Below, in pieces: positions 49,708-61,737 of a stretch of DNA of 64,000 nt. The stretch spans positions 744,001 to 808,000 of the forward strand of contig QPGO01000013.1 of the NCBI GenBank assembly GCA_008632985.1, given 5' to 3'. This stretch comes from Psammoneis japonica (taxonomy: Eukaryota). The translations under genes were made by a program, and so were the position numbers. Numbering within the stretch: position 1 is the first letter of the stretch; each line of letters starts with the position of its first letter. The notes under the pieces are model-generated. The model saw nothing but the letters and a program-made list of their open reading frames with translations. It had not been told where the DNA came from and searched no databases.

Positions 49708-52700
49708 ACACAACAGAGGCAACGGCGTGGGCTGGAAACTCTCTTCGTCGCTCACGAAACAATTTGTCATGCGGCTCGATCCGTGAGCCTGTCATGAGAG
49801 TTATTGGCTTAATGCGTGGTTTGGACTTTCAAATGAGGGACAGTACGCGGAAGGGTGAAACTCCATTGGCTGTGTTCAGGGATTTGAACGAATACATTGG
49901 ACAAATTGCACACGAGCACACGTCTGTTTTCAGCTTCTTTCTGCCGGAGTTTGCACCTGAAGGATCTCTATCGAGTGCGTCACTTGTGGCGCCCGAAGCA
50001 CGGATGCTTGACATGCCAAAGAGTATCGACCTTGTCAACGGTTTGCACGGTTTAATTCAATACTACCTCTCTCCTTGTTTCCATGATATGAGAACTGGGC
50101 GTCAGTTTGGTTTTGGCGTTGTTTCCGTCCCTCCGGTGGGCTACGGAGGCTGCCGGGACAACGGGAAGTTTAGCAGAGCTTCAGGAATGTCCATGTATAA
50201 ACCCTCGGGTGAAACTTGCGAAGCAATTGTAGATGAGCTCGCCACTCTTCTGACATCAGGAAGGCTCAGCACCGAGAATAGGAAACATATTGCTGCTGCT
50301 TTCGATGCTGCGGTGATTGACGTTCATTCACGTGCTGGCTTACGTATAGCGCAACAATTGATCACCACGACTGGGGAATACCACACAACCAATACAGTAA
50401 AGCAGACAGCGGAGTCTCTGCCGGAGATCCTACCTCCCCCGCCCAGTGTGAACGAGTTCAAGGCAGTTTTGTTGTTCTCATGCTGGCGGGAGGATGCGAT
50501 TCTTTCAACATGCTCGTTCCCAACGAATGCTCTGCGGATGATGGCGGCGTCGACGCATAGACACATTATGCTGAAAGTCGAAACCCTGCGTATCTCTTGC
50601 CGGAGAACCTTCTTCCAATTGACGCCAGCAGGCAGGTGGGCTGCAGCACCTTTGGTGTCCACGAAGAGCTACCCATTCTTCAAGACCTATACAACGACGG
50701 AGACCCCGTCTTCTTTGCAAACACTGGAGTCTTGGGCAAGAGCTCTACAAAGTCAAACTACAGATTCAATACACTGACGCAAGTGTTTGCTCACAACACT
50801 ATGCAATACGAGACACGAGCTTTAGACGTTTTCAGAGAATCCGCTGGCGCGAGTGTACTGGGACGTTTGACTGACGCACTAGGGAAAAGCGGTGTAACTA
50901 CTGCTTCTACCGCTTTGGATGCAACATCCAGTATCTTGGCTGGAATCCCTGGTCAATCACCAATCCCGTACGTTGTCAGTCAGAATGGGGTCCGCCAATT
51001 CATGCCACAAGATGCAGCCACCATGAGCAGATCCGAAAGGATTACTGCAGTCAAAAACCTCAACAATGCCACTACCCCGGATAGCGGCTTTATGGCCAAG
51101 GCATGGTCAAAATAGTTTGATTGAATCGCTCTTTCAAAATGAAGAGCTCCACGCGGCACTCGAGGGTGCCGAAGTAACTTCCGATTTTTGTGACACCGAG
51201 TTGGGACGGAAATTCGATATTGTTTCAAAGATGATACAGACTCGACACACGCGTGGAACAGATACTGAATTTTTCTTTGTAGAACTGGGCGACTTTGGTA
51301 CGCATTCAGATGTGGAGGTGAATTTGAAGAATTTGTTTAGCATGTTTAACTCTGGCATTCAGAGTCTCGTTAAGGAACTGAAATCCATGGATTTGTGGGA
51401 CAATGTGGTAATAATACGAACGTCGGAATTCGGTCGGACACTCTCTCAAAACTCTGGCGATGGTACGGATCATGCCTGGGGTGGCAACTACTTTATGGCC
51501 GGCGGAGCTGTTAAGGGTGGCAGAATCTTGGGAGAATATCCTTCCGACATGTCTGAGAATAGCGACATTAATGTTGGAAGAGGACACCCCCACAACGTCT
51601 TGAGATCAGATCTGGCCTGGCATTGCGCAATGAACCGGCATCACCAAGGCTGAAGATTTTGACAATATCTGCCCGAATCGCGGCAATTTTGATTCCGTAT
51701 TTACTGCGTTTGATTTGTTTGGGAATACACCTCAAGATCCAATTCCCCAACCCGTTCCCGAAGGCGACGGAGAGACGTCTACACCTGGAGAGCAGCACTG
51801 CCAGCAGCCTGGCGAAAGCCCCTCTCCATCACCCACGGCGTATCCCAGTGCAAACTCTGAATCATCCGCAGTACCCCACATGGTTGTCTCCTTTGCTTCC
51901 AGCATACTGGTCCTTTTGGTCCTGACAGGGATTCAACTAGTCTAGTATCTTTCGGCAAGTGCACATTGGATGCACATTTGTATGAGATAAATTAGTGAAT
52001 AACTTTCGAACGAATAACAACAAGAAGAAGCTGCTACTTCTCAATGGATAGTTCGGAGATTGGAATGCGCTCAACAGACAAAACCCCACACAATTGAGGT
52101 ATTGTAGCTAGCTACTTTAGAATATAGATGGCTCCGATAAACTCCCAGAGGCCTTGTCGTCGGCGTTCTACTACTAGGGTAGTGCCCCGCTATTTCGGCA
52201 AACACTTGAAACTACTCCCTAACAACAAGTGAACGCGACGAATCCATAAAATATGCAGGCGATCATCGCCCAAATAGTCCAACACACATCTTTGACAAGC
52301 CTCGGGGAATACCGTGACGATTACCCCAGCGTTGACCCCCCCTGAAAGAAAAAGAGCAGTGTGGTACGAAAACAGAAACCATGACATCAAAGTAGAAGTA
52401 TGCAACAACATCGCAAGCGCTACGACCGTCATCGTCGTCCACTGACGTACGTACGGAATGAATAACACGCCAATAAAGATTGCTATGCTGTACTTTTAGT
52501 ATTTCTAATTCTATTGTTTTGTTCAAAGCGTGTTTCAAATATTTGAAACACGCCAATATCAAAAGTTGATAGAGATCGGTCGCGTAGGACAACATTTGCC
52601 TAAAAAGCGCCATCAGAAGATGGAGCTCGAGCTTTTACATATCTTCAGGTGACGGGGATGGAGTGGGAAAAGTGCAGCCGGAAAACAACTTACGAGAACA

Positions 52701-54417
52701 GATGTCGCAAAATGATAGGAAAGAAATGGATCGGTCCAGTGGCTCCTAGCAATGGTGCATCCCATCGAAGTGCATCTTTGGTTTGATTCCGTTTTTCTTT
52801 CCTTGTACATCTTACGATACATCGTTCACGTTCATCGTCACAGCACGAAGTGCTTCCAAACATCGCTTGGTTCTGCTGATGGTGCTTTTGATGGCACGTC
52901 ACTTGAGCTGCACTTGGCATTGCAGAGGGAAGTGCCGAGGGCTCCGTCGAAGGGTTGGTCGTCACATCAGCTGCCCGAGTGGAAGGGTCAGTCAACGGGA
53001 CTCTGCTGGTTGGTAAAATCGGGAAAGCTGATGGACAGGAATAACATGGACTCCAGGCCGGAGACACTCATTCGATTTGCCCCGACCTCCGGACTTAACT
53101 GGCAACACCTACGCCACCTAGAGACAACACTTCGTGCAAGCAAATGAGTTGTATAGCTGCCAAACAAGAGAAGACTTTCTATTTTTCCGGAGGAAGGGTA
53201 AGCCATCCTCGGCGATCGCTGCATTCCTGCTTGGCAAACAACAACATCGTGCGAGACGTCGAGTTGTGAACGAAAAAACGACGAGCGCGAGAAGACGAAG
53301 CGCTTTCGAGAGATTTCTTGTGTCGTGACCGTTGCTAAATTTCTCAATCACTATCATTTTTGTGTATCTTTGTAGAACTAATACCATGTTTTCGTATGTA
53401 AAACATTCGTAGGAACTTGGTGCTGTCAAAATTATTACTTATTCCTGCGTAAACTTTACGTACGGTGTAACCGTACCGTATGTACTGTAGAAAAGAAACT
53501 GCCGCCGCGGTGACGAGGTCCGAGCTCCAGAATTAGCAGATAGCACAACACTGATATCTCTGATCTCTGCCATGATGGCCATGAGCCATGATGCCATGAT
53601 GCCACAAGCACGGCATTCAGCATGACGATGACAAAGCTCCGGATTGAGATCATCACAGATCACAGTAGTCGACAGGATGCGTTGGCGTGTTGTTTTGTCG
53701 ATTGATATTGTATTCCGGACAAAGAAAGTGAAAAGGACCTTTACCGTGGTACGTTGAGTGCTGTTGATTGTTGAGCTTCACAGAAAAAGCATTTGATTGC
53801 AGCAAAGTATGCTTTGCTCTGACGCCTGCTTCTACTTCTACTTTTACCTGTTTTTAATCATACCTCCAATCCATCGACTCGTATCGGTTTGTGGTGTACC
53901 ATGTCGGGTATTGATGTCCCGGTATTCACTTTTCGGGAAGCATTTCCGCTTTTTTTCGATTTGCTTTCTCAACCTACCTCTGGCCAACTGCATATCGTCG
54001 AGACTTGGAATGACTGCATAACAAGCCCTATTCCAAATAATCAAAAAGAACTTGCAGTCTTTTCGGATTCAAGTCATCTTGTTGATTTTGCTCGTGATAC
54101 TCCATTGCTGTGGGCGTCGTACGTACTCAATCAAGTCGTCCTGGGTCGGCACCTTAACAATGGTCTGGCGCTGGATTTGCTGGACTATTATGGAAATGCC
54201 AACAACACCACGACTATTGACTGTCCAGACCGTATTCACTGACGAGTAATTCACTCGAGGGTGATGGAGACATACCCGTCAACAATGTGTTGTCGCTCTA
54301 CGCGGCAGAATATAAGAAAACCGTGCAGTAGTGAATTTGTTCGAGAAGAACACAACAGAGGCAACGGCGTGGACTGAAAACTCTCTTTGTCGCTCATGAA
54401 ACAATTTGTCATGCGGT
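49708..54417 (+). repeat. ~68-bp direct repeat pair (49708-49775 and 54350-54417)
   Basis: acacaacagaggcaacggcgtgg(g/a)ctg(g/a)aaactctctt(c/t)gtcgctca(c/t)gaaacaatttgtcatgcgg occurs at both sites. Confidence 0.9.
49770..51945 (+). pseudogene. 5'-truncated, frameshifted DUF1800/DUF1501 family protein with C-terminal hydrophobic tail
   Basis: GSIREP, LLTSGRLS, (shifted) MLAGGCDSFNMLVP, FGVHEELP, TSEFGRTL and DHAWGGNYFMAGGAVKGGRILGEYP spread over several frames; no start exon seen. Confidence 0.75.
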
Positions 54418-54474
54418 TCTTTCTAGCTAGAGTTAGTTGCTAAGACATTGCGCCTATCGTCGTGCAGTTTCTCG

Positions 54475-54864
54475 TTATGCATTATTAGATTTCTCAGTGG
54501 TTGGCGACTCGCTGCTGAGCCTTTCACGCTCCTCCGTCATATGATCCATGATACATTCGAACCACTCATCGTATCGGTAATCGCAGGACATCTGTCTCGG
54601 TCGGATCGTCCTTGGCGTGAAGAAACTGTCAATGTACTGTTTCTTGACGCACCTGTCGAAGTGGCTTCGCTCGAAAGTACACCGGCGCCGCGCCCTACGA
54701 TATAGGGCCCTGTCACTTAGTCTTACTTCTTGGCGTCTCTCGCCGCTTCCAGAATCTTGTTTAGATGAATCATGGTCCTTGTGATTCAGCGGTGGAAATG
54801 AAGGCGTGCTGCTTGGCGAAGCCGATGGTGGAGTGGAGGAAGGAGAGCTTTGGTTCGACCCCAT
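54475..54864 (-). CDS. Twin CX9C protein, Mdm35/TRIAP1-like
   Basis: C-TFERSHFDR-C and C-DYRYDEWFE-C; MGSNQS N-terminus (possible myristoylation). Confidence 0.65.
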   Translation of the reverse strand: MGSNQSSPSSTPPSASPSSTPSFPPLNHKDHDSSKQDSGSGERRQEVRLSDRALYRRARRRCTFERSHFDRCVKKQYIDSFFTPRTIRPRQMSCDYRYDEWFECIMDHMTEERERLSSESPTTEKSNNA

Positions 54865-55371
54865 GATGATTCCTGAAAGTATAAAGAATAATACCGTAGC
54901 GGCTTCTCTGGAGTAGTCTCAGACGTGTGGGCAGTCAAAGGAGCTTTATTTGACATTTGGGGAGATGGCGAGTCAAGGAACTTCTTTGTGACTTTCCGAT
55001 TCGTGATTCGTGATGCACGTTTGGGGAATGGCACGTGCGACCGCATCATCGTGATTCGTGTTTCGTGAGCTCTTCGAAATTGATGGCTCCAGGTTGAAGG
55101 TCGAAAGAAGTAGCTCGTCCTTGCTTGAGGATTTCAAATTGTTCAAGGTGTACGCTAAAGGAACTACTCTACAGTTCTGATGGAAAGCATTTAAAAATGC
55201 AGTTTTGGAACTGGTCTCTGTAGTTCTGTCCGACCTGGATTTAGTTTTTCATACAACGCCCTCAAGGTTGAACATCGCAAAAAGCTACAACTGTCAAGCA
55301 CTGCAGCTATGGCATCGTTAGAGTCTCCAACAGATTCACTCGCATTGTGACCTCTGCTACGTCAATTCGTT

Positions 55372-56638
55372 TCAGTTGAAGCCACCGTTTCGAGTTTGCG
55401 GACGTGCTACTGCAATGAGCTTTTTCATATCGCACCAGCGTCTCTTTTGCCTTTCAAGAGCATCTTGGTAGTACAGACGAGTCTTTTGTATGGATCTTGC
55501 CTTAGATTTGCGTACAGGTGTTTGTAGAGCTACTAAATCCGTACCATACTTGAGAGAAAACCATGTTTCCCACCCGCACTGAGGTGCTTGGCTCAAACAG
55601 ACAATCATGGACGCAAGTGCTCGTCCGTCAATACATCGTCCCAGGTACTTCGTGAGTGGTAAGGTCCCTTGACGAGGCTGCTGATATCGCTTTCCCCTTT
55701 TGTGGAGCTCGGTTGCGATCTTTACTTCCTTACAAAACTCAAACAAACTGTAGTTAATAAGAAGACCTTCTTCCTCAGCTGATATGCTCTCTCCCTTTAG
55801 AAGCTTGTAGGCAGCAACAATTCCACTTGCCTCGCCCCTGGCTCCAATTTTGCTGGGCGCTCAGCTCCTGCAAGGTCAACGACATGAAAGCAAGTCTCGC
55901 AAAAGGTATCATTGTCGCTCGCTTGCAAGATTGTAAACATGACTGAACAGTGCGACCGACTCGATCCAGAATGAACGTCATCTCCAACATTCATGCTTGT
56001 GCTTCTCGCTGCTCGGTTCTCTCGAATTTGTTGAATTAACGCAATTATATCATTCGGATGATTTAAAATGATTCGAGCGTATCCAGCAGGCTTGTTTTCT
56101 GCATCAATGCCAATGTCTTGATTTTCTGTATCTAGCAGTCTAGAATTTGAGCTTGGTAGAATTCAATCGCTGACAGAGCAATTGTGACGCGGTGGCATAC
56201 TTGAAATTGTCTGAATAAGTCATGGGCAAGTCTCGGGATTACGCCCCAGCCTAGATCAATATCCGTACTGTTGTTGCACCAAGTTGAACTACTCAGACTA
56301 CCGGCGAATCCAAAGAGCGTCGTTGTCTTGCCTGAACCTGTTTGCCCATAAGCCAGCAACAAGACATCTGAGTGTTTGACTTGAGTCAACAATCGCGGTA
56401 TGATTTCACTGTAGACTGCCTGTTGAGAGTCTTCCAGTACACGTGTAAAGCAGTAGTCACATGAGCCCTTGCTAAAGGAATACTGGGTATCCAACGTGAC
56501 GCTGGTGTCCGTAAAGGACGTGAGGGATTTCGCAACGCCCGCTCCAGACTGATCATGCCCAGAACCATCATAAACAGCCGGCCTCATACGAATGTACACC
56601 TGAGATGGAAACAATTCTGACTTATGCTTCGATTTCAT
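55372..56638 (-). CDS. Kinesin motor-domain protein, broken by frameshifts (pseudogene or assembly errors)
   Basis: LAYGQTGSGKT (P-loop), SSRSH (switch I), VDLAGAER (switch II), LTKYLG and ETWFSLKYG in successive ORFs. Confidence 0.8.
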
Positions 56639-57032
56639 TGTTGATTTTGTCTTTACGAGTGCAGCGTTTTCATGTTACAGTATTTTAATTTGCGACAGGA
56701 GATGCCCAGATCATTTTTCCCACATCGCTCATCGCTCATTGGCCATTGGAGCTAGCATGAGACACCAGAAAATTTTTTAACCCTGCTTCGTATATGTATG
56801 AATATTCTTTATTTCAACAATTTACGTTGTACGTTCCTTATTTATATTAATTTTCTTTATTACTGAAGTTGTGTATTGATTTTTCATCCTAAACACTGAA
56901 TATGATATTAGATGTAAATATATATTTGCATAATAAATATTAGTATATATAGATGTATACTAATGTTTATTTTGTAAGCCTCGACCTCTGTTTTTCGATT
57001 TTTCGATTTAATTTTTCTGAAGCTCTTCTTCA

Positions 57033-59669
57033 ATGGCGCGGAACCGGCAAAACCACTATCAGAAAGGGCGAAACACCCAATATGTTTTGACCGCAGGTGT
57101 TCTCCTGATAGGTCTCGTTGTTGTAGCCCTCTTTCCTTTCTTCAGCTTGCTGATCTTTCAGGTCGACCATGCCGTTTCTCCATTCCCAGCAAGTACCTCT
57201 TTCAATACTCATCAAGTGAGGCGACCTAGTTCAAAGAAAAATGACCGGAAACTTACATCGGGAAAAGCACAGAACGATTTGGAAACGTTCGAAATACCAC
57301 CGTCATCATGGACGCCTCCGGTTCCTTCCTCAAAAAATGTCGTGATTGCAATTCCGTTTCGCCAAGAAGCGTCCGAAAACTACGACTTGGTGGTACAACG
57401 AATTCTGGTATTGAATGATACTCTGGATGATGTCGCATTCCATACCATAGTTGTGAATGAGGAAGACGCCAGTCACCATCGACGGGCGTGGTTGCTGAAT
57501 GTCGCTCTACAACAAGCTAGGAAGCTCTTTTCTAACGAGACTTGCTTTGTGGTTCACGATTTAGATGTGATTCCGAGTAGTGTGGATACTGCTTCTTACA
57601 TGTCGTGGTGTGATGAGCCGACCCTTGTCTCGTCAGAACTCTCGTGCTACAATGGATCATTGCCGCATGAGAAATTCTCTCGCGGTATCATTGCGGCGAG
57701 ATTAACTGCCTGGGAAACCATCAACGGATTCACAGACTCGTTGTATGACATGGTGGGAGATGATGAGGACATGTACTGGCGCTTCCAACAGAATGAACTT
57801 TTGACAAAAGAGGGCACTTTGCGTCGCCCTCCCGATGGAAGTGGGAAAACCATTTGTCTTCCCGCATCCGTCTGGACTCATCAAGGTGCGAATCAATTCC
57901 ACACTGGAGATCAGCATAGAATCATGGATCGCATTGAGCGTATAGCATCTGGGTCCAATGAATGGAAGAATGATGGGCTAAATAGTCTCTTCTACAATGT
58001 GATCAACCACACTGTCGACGAGCATGGATCCTCGTGGTTGCATGTTACGAGGAAGCGTGTCGTTTCACTTGAAACGCATTACCCGCCCTACTCCAACAAG
58101 GCGGACCATCGAAAAACCGTTGTTATCCTGATTCCTTATCGTGACCGAAAAATGCACTATCAAAAATTTATGGCTCACATTCAACGACTACGCCAAAAGG
58201 CGTATTATTTTGATTTGCATGTGTTTGTTGTGGAACAGATGAACGATGACTTCTTTCGACGAGGCTGGCTTGGTAACGTTGGATTCCATGAGATTTCAAA
58301 ACAATTCAAGGCAAATGAGACGTGCGTTGTAATTCATGATGTCGATTTGCTACCCAACCTGGATACCGTTGACTACGCATGGTGCGAGAAGCCGCAGCTC
58401 GTTTGTTCCGAGGTCCCGTGCTTCGGAGGGAGCGTTCCCTATAATGCCTACTCCGGAGGAGTCGTGACTGCTTCTCTTGCTCACTGGCGATTAGTGAACG
58501 GCTTCACGAACGAGGTGTGGGGCTGGGGCGCTGAAGATGATGAACTTTTTTACCGTTTCAGAGCAAACAATCTTCTAGAAAGTCCAGAGAATGAGCGCTT
58601 ACGCCGTCGCCCGCAAGGCATGGGATATTGTGACTGCAATCACGATAATCATCATACGGGGCGCGGTATACACTTGGCAAGCTACAATAGAATCAAAGAC
58701 CGCGTCGAGCGTATGCGCATAGGAAAGGACACTGACTGGAAACGTGACGGGTATAACACCACAAAATATCATGTGGTGAAGACTTTTCGAGATGAGTATC
58801 AGACAATGTGGATCCAGGCGAACTATTCTTCTGACCAGTATGCTCCGCCATGTCCTGATCCCAATGGCCCAGTCCCTGTCCTTCTCATGTCCGCTGATTC
58901 AGAAAGAGCGATAGGAATTCTACATTCCGCAGCTTCGACTGCAGTGTGGACGGCATTAAGCGCACGCGCCGGAAAGGTTACGCTTCCTGCAACCTTCATT
59001 GGAAACAAAGAGGCTCAGGTGGAAGCCTTCTTTCAGAACCATACGGACGGCTCATATTTTGCCGATGAGATTTGCAAAGTACAGGCAGGGGCTCCGTATG
59101 CTGCTCTTGCTGCCTTGAAGTGGATCCCCTTCCCCAAATCTCTCACAATGAGTGGATTTACGGAGGCACTTCGTTCAATGCGCACGATGAACCCCCCTGT
59201 GAAGATAATCCGCGTTCTTCACAATCCACTGGATATAGCCATGTCAGCGTTCAAGTTCTGGAAAGGTTTGGGTGGATTGCCGTGCGGTGAAAACCAAACA
59301 GGATGCATTGGATATCAAAATTTGTCATTGCCTGTCAGCTTCATTGTGGACAAGATAAGAGAACAAGTAGACTGGGAGAATCAGGTGGATGAAGTGCTGG
59401 ATAAGCACAAGGTGTCCCATCTCAAGCTTGAACCTTTGGGCTCTGATAGTAGCGAATTCGAGTGGGAACGAATATTCAACTTTCTCGGCGTCGCCCCGTC
59501 AACGAAGTACAACCAGAAACAAGTTAATTCATTGTCGAAAAAGTACACCCCAAGCAATCTGAAAAGACGGCAGTCTAGCTACAATGAAATGAGGAAGGCT
59601 CTGGTAGAATCTGGAGCTGACAAGATGCTTTTGAACTATACCAGTTCCAAATCGAACTCCAAAAAGTAA
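57033..59669 (+). CDS. Type II membrane protein with two GT7 (beta-1,4-galactosyltransferase-like) domains and a C-terminal sulfotransferase-like region
   Basis: Domain 1: IPFRQ, RAWLLNVA, HDLD, GDDED. Domain 2: IPYRDR, FRRGWLGNVG, HDVD, WGWGAEDDE. Intact, intronless, 878 aa. Confidence 0.85.
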   Translation: MARNRQNHYQKGRNTQYVLTAGVLLIGLVVVALFPFFSLLIFQVDHAVSPFPASTSFNTHQVRRPSSKKNDRKLTSGKAQNDLETFEIPPSSWTPPVPSSKNVVIAIPFRQEASENYDLVVQRILVLNDTLDDVAFHTIVVNEEDASHHRRAWLLNVALQQARKLFSNETCFVVHDLDVIPSSVDTASYMSWCDEPTLVSSELSCYNGSLPHEKFSRGIIAARLTAWETINGFTDSLYDMVGDDEDMYWRFQQNELLTKEGTLRRPPDGSGKTICLPASVWTHQGANQFHTGDQHRIMDRIERIASGSNEWKNDGLNSLFYNVINHTVDEHGSSWLHVTRKRVVSLETHYPPYSNKADHRKTVVILIPYRDRKMHYQKFMAHIQRLRQKAYYFDLHVFVVEQMNDDFFRRGWLGNVGFHEISKQFKANETCVVIHDVDLLPNLDTVDYAWCEKPQLVCSEVPCFGGSVPYNAYSGGVVTASLAHWRLVNGFTNEVWGWGAEDDELFYRFRANNLLESPENERLRRRPQGMGYCDCNHDNHHTGRGIHLASYNRIKDRVERMRIGKDTDWKRDGYNTTKYHVVKTFRDEYQTMWIQANYSSDQYAPPCPDPNGPVPVLLMSADSERAIGILHSAASTAVWTALSARAGKVTLPATFIGNKEAQVEAFFQNHTDGSYFADEICKVQAGAPYAALAALKWIPFPKSLTMSGFTEALRSMRTMNPPVKIIRVLHNPLDIAMSAFKFWKGLGGLPCGENQTGCIGYQNLSLPVSFIVDKIREQVDWENQVDEVLDKHKVSHLKLEPLGSDSSEFEWERIFNFLGVAPSTKYNQKQVNSLSKKYTPSNLKRRQSSYNEMRKALVESGADKMLLNYTSSKSNSKK

Positions 59670-59759
59670 ATATTCACATCGTCATTTGTCAAGTAACTAG
59701 ACCCAAAACCTCGAATGGGTAGCCTAACATTTGCAAGCTTTAGTTTGAGTCTCTAGATT

Positions 59760-61590
59760 CAATGTTGGGTTGTGAGCAGATGATGTCCTGTCTTCTTTCC
59801 TGCAACTGCAACAACAGAATCATGTATGACAACCAGCCAAACACTTCTGGCTTGCTTCTTCTGTGGCATTTGCAAATCTCTTGCCCTTCTTTGACAATCT
59901 TGGAGTGCTGAGAGTGGTCCATAAAAGGTGTCAGAAAAGTTCAGAATGTTGGTGTTGCCAAGTCATGCAGCAACCAAGCATTTGGAGGTTGGTCCACAAA
60001 TCTGAATGAACAAATTGCATCAGCAAAGGCCTGCTTGTCAGCACATGCAGGGCAAAATGTAACAAAACTTGATCAAAACAGCACATCCACAGAGACTTCT
60101 TGCCATTGAGAAAAGAAGCGACCAGCTGGTTGACCAGGTGAGCCCATTCAGCCTCACTCGAGACTTCTTCAGGATGTTGCAAAAAAAAAACAGACTTGGC
60201 AGCAGATCTTGCCTTGAGAAAGATCACGTCAGATCCAGATGCCTCGCAGCAAAAGGCACAAGAGGGCCCAGAGTGGCAATCCCTGACACCAGACTCCACA
60301 GCATTTTGTTTGGGGAGCACAGGTGCACCATCCAAAAGTGCCTGATGCAGAGCTTTCTTGAGCAAGCATGAACTTCAACAACCTCTGTCACACAATTTGC
60401 GCTCACATGTCTTCACTCCTGTTCCCTTGCTCTTCAGAGATGATGTTGCTGCAGCAAAGAACTGCGCTCATGATTGCAGCCCGCTGGAAAAATTTTGCTC
60501 TTCACCCCCAAAAATGTGTGCTTCAAAAAATGAATGTCATGACAACATCATGATTGCTTTGGTGTCAGCATGAAGCACCAAAAGCAAGAGAGTGAGTGCA
60601 GGGGGGCAGTGCAAAAATTCTGCAGCAGCACGCAGGGCTTGCGTGCAGGCTGCGCCACACACTGCGGTTGCTGCCACCTTGAACAGCATGGCCAACTCTA
60701 GCTCCAAACTCCAACTGGGTGGCAGAGGTCCACTTGTGGAGCTCAAGCTCCAGACCCTGTTGCCAGGAGCCTGGCACACATGGGAGGCTCCTGGACAGGT
60801 GAGATGGGGGGTCCTTCCAGCTGTCTGCCAGCTGTTGTTGCAAAACAACAAACAGGAGCACCTTTGTTGGCTGGTGAAGGCACCAGTGATTGGTGGTCAA
60901 GCAAATGGCAAAGATTGGACACATGTCCTTTGAGGGACAGACTCAAGCCAATCAACAGCCCTTGCACCATCTTTCCTGCTCTGCAGTGGCTGCCACTGCT
61001 TCGAGGCAGCAGCGCAGCAAGCTCCAGCTCCAAACTCCTCTGATTGGTGGCAGAGGTTCATTTGCAGAGCTCAGATCAGGAGCCTGGCACACATCCTCCT
61101 GGGGTGGGTGGCAGGGTCCTTTTGGCCATCTGGTGCCAGTTGATGCTGCACAACAACAGCACAGAGGGAGAATGACCCCTTGTGATGGGGGCTGGCAAAG
61201 GAGGCGCCAGCGATTGGCGATTCTCAAGGAGCAAGCAAACATTGGATGTCTGTCCTTTGAGGGGCAGACTCAAACCAATCAACAGCCCTTGCACCATCTT
61301 TCCTGTTCTCCAGTGGCTGCCACTGCTTTGAACAGCACAGCCAGCTCAAACTCTGGTTGGTGGCAGAAACCAGTTTGCAGAGCTCGAGGGGGAGCTGCAG
61401 ACCCAACAATCACCAGGAGCATAACACACAGCCTCCTGTGGTGGGTGGCATGGTCCTTTTGGCTGTCTGCTGGTTGATGTTGCAAAAACAACAAGGAATG
61501 ACCTTGCCAGCTGGTGAAGGCATCTGCGATTGGCGGTCCAGAAGCAAACAGCAAAAGCGGCAAACGTTGGACGTCTGTCCTTCGAGGGAC
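59760..61590. mobile_element. Second TpA/CpG-depleted degenerate block
   Basis: Same TG/CA-rich composition as 15200-21270; no credible ORF. Confidence 0.55.
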
Positions 61591-61595
61591 TAACT
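60660..61595 (+). repeat. Three diverged tandem units of ~326 bp
   Basis: Anchor gtcctt(t/c)gaggg at 60925, 61252 and 61577; shared g(g/t)(t/c)tgccac, ggtggcaga, caggagc and gattgg blocks in each unit. Confidence 0.8.
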
Positions 61596-61737
61596 GAGCT
61601 GAACGCTGAGCGCAGATAGCGCGCGGGAAAAAAGAATGCGAACCCCACATCCAACATCAAGGGTGCATTGGAGTGTCAGGAGTTGTCACGAAGCGAAGGT
61701 ATCTTCATGCACAACCCCATCGACTGTTACGTACACC

